DNA of 64,000 nt, taken from the NCBI GenBank assembly GCA_043228905.1, contig JBHGNT010000011.1:9052001-9116000 (forward strand), read 5' to 3'. Shown piece by piece: positions 63,600 through 64,000 of this stretch; position 1 is the stretch's first letter; every line of letters starts with the position of its first letter. The translations under genes and the position numbers were made by a program. The notes below the pieces were generated by a model, which was given only the letters and a program-made list of their open reading frames with translations, was not told the origin of the DNA and ran no database searches. The stretch is from Azolla caroliniana. Lineage: Eukaryota > Plantae > Polypodiophyta.

Positions 63600-64000
63600 A
63601 TTTAATGGCTCAAAATAACGACCTGACGAGAACTCAAGGCTCCTTATGCACAACGCTCAGCCACAACCGAGCTTAGGATCATACACAGAAAACGGGAAAC
63701 AAATGCACGCGACACAAAGGAGAGAAAAGGTACACAGAATGTTTACGTGGAAAACCCAAAGAGGGAAAAACCACGGCAGCCCACAGGCTGCAAACTATCA
63801 CTATGTTGGAATGTACAAAACAGTGAGTTCACAGAGGCAACGACCTCGTGCTCACGATCTTCGCCACATGCGGCGGTTACAACAGAGGCAACGACCTCTT
63901 TCTCTCTCTCTCTCTCTGTACACTGTTACGTGCTCTCTTCTTCTTGCACCAACAAGAAAATGACAACGAAAAACACACACAACACATATTTGCCCTAAGT
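63600..64000. mobile_element. Copia-type LTR fragment running off the window
   Basis: GTTTACGTGGAAAACCC..GGGAAAAACCACGG..CACTAT and TTGCCCTA motifs in the same order as in the solo LTR at 45690-46274. Confidence 0.55.

Overview
This is eukaryotic, intron-rich plant nuclear DNA, most likely from a plant with flagellated sperm such as a fern (inferred from a radial spoke gene). Four host genes can be built by hand: the last two exons of SEC62 (+), an 11-exon CER1/CER3-family wax gene (+), an 11-exon homologue of Chlamydomonas radial spoke protein RSP2 (-, about 701 aa), and the 10-exon rRNA 2'-O-methyltransferase SPB1/FTSJ3 (+, about 832 aa). The rest is nested and decayed transposons (Ty3/gypsy, Ty1/copia, LINE, hAT and MITEs, solo LTRs, tRNA-like SINE heads), many 90-150 bp tandem duplications and microsatellites. 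The most unusual object is a young, non-coding 2.3 kb LTR element at 42500-44812 with no tRNA primer site. Instead, an 11-nt sequence after its 5' LTR is complementary to its own predicted transcript start (Tf1-like self-priming), and it carries about 17-18 tandem stem-loops. All homology calls come from recalled motifs, not database searches.
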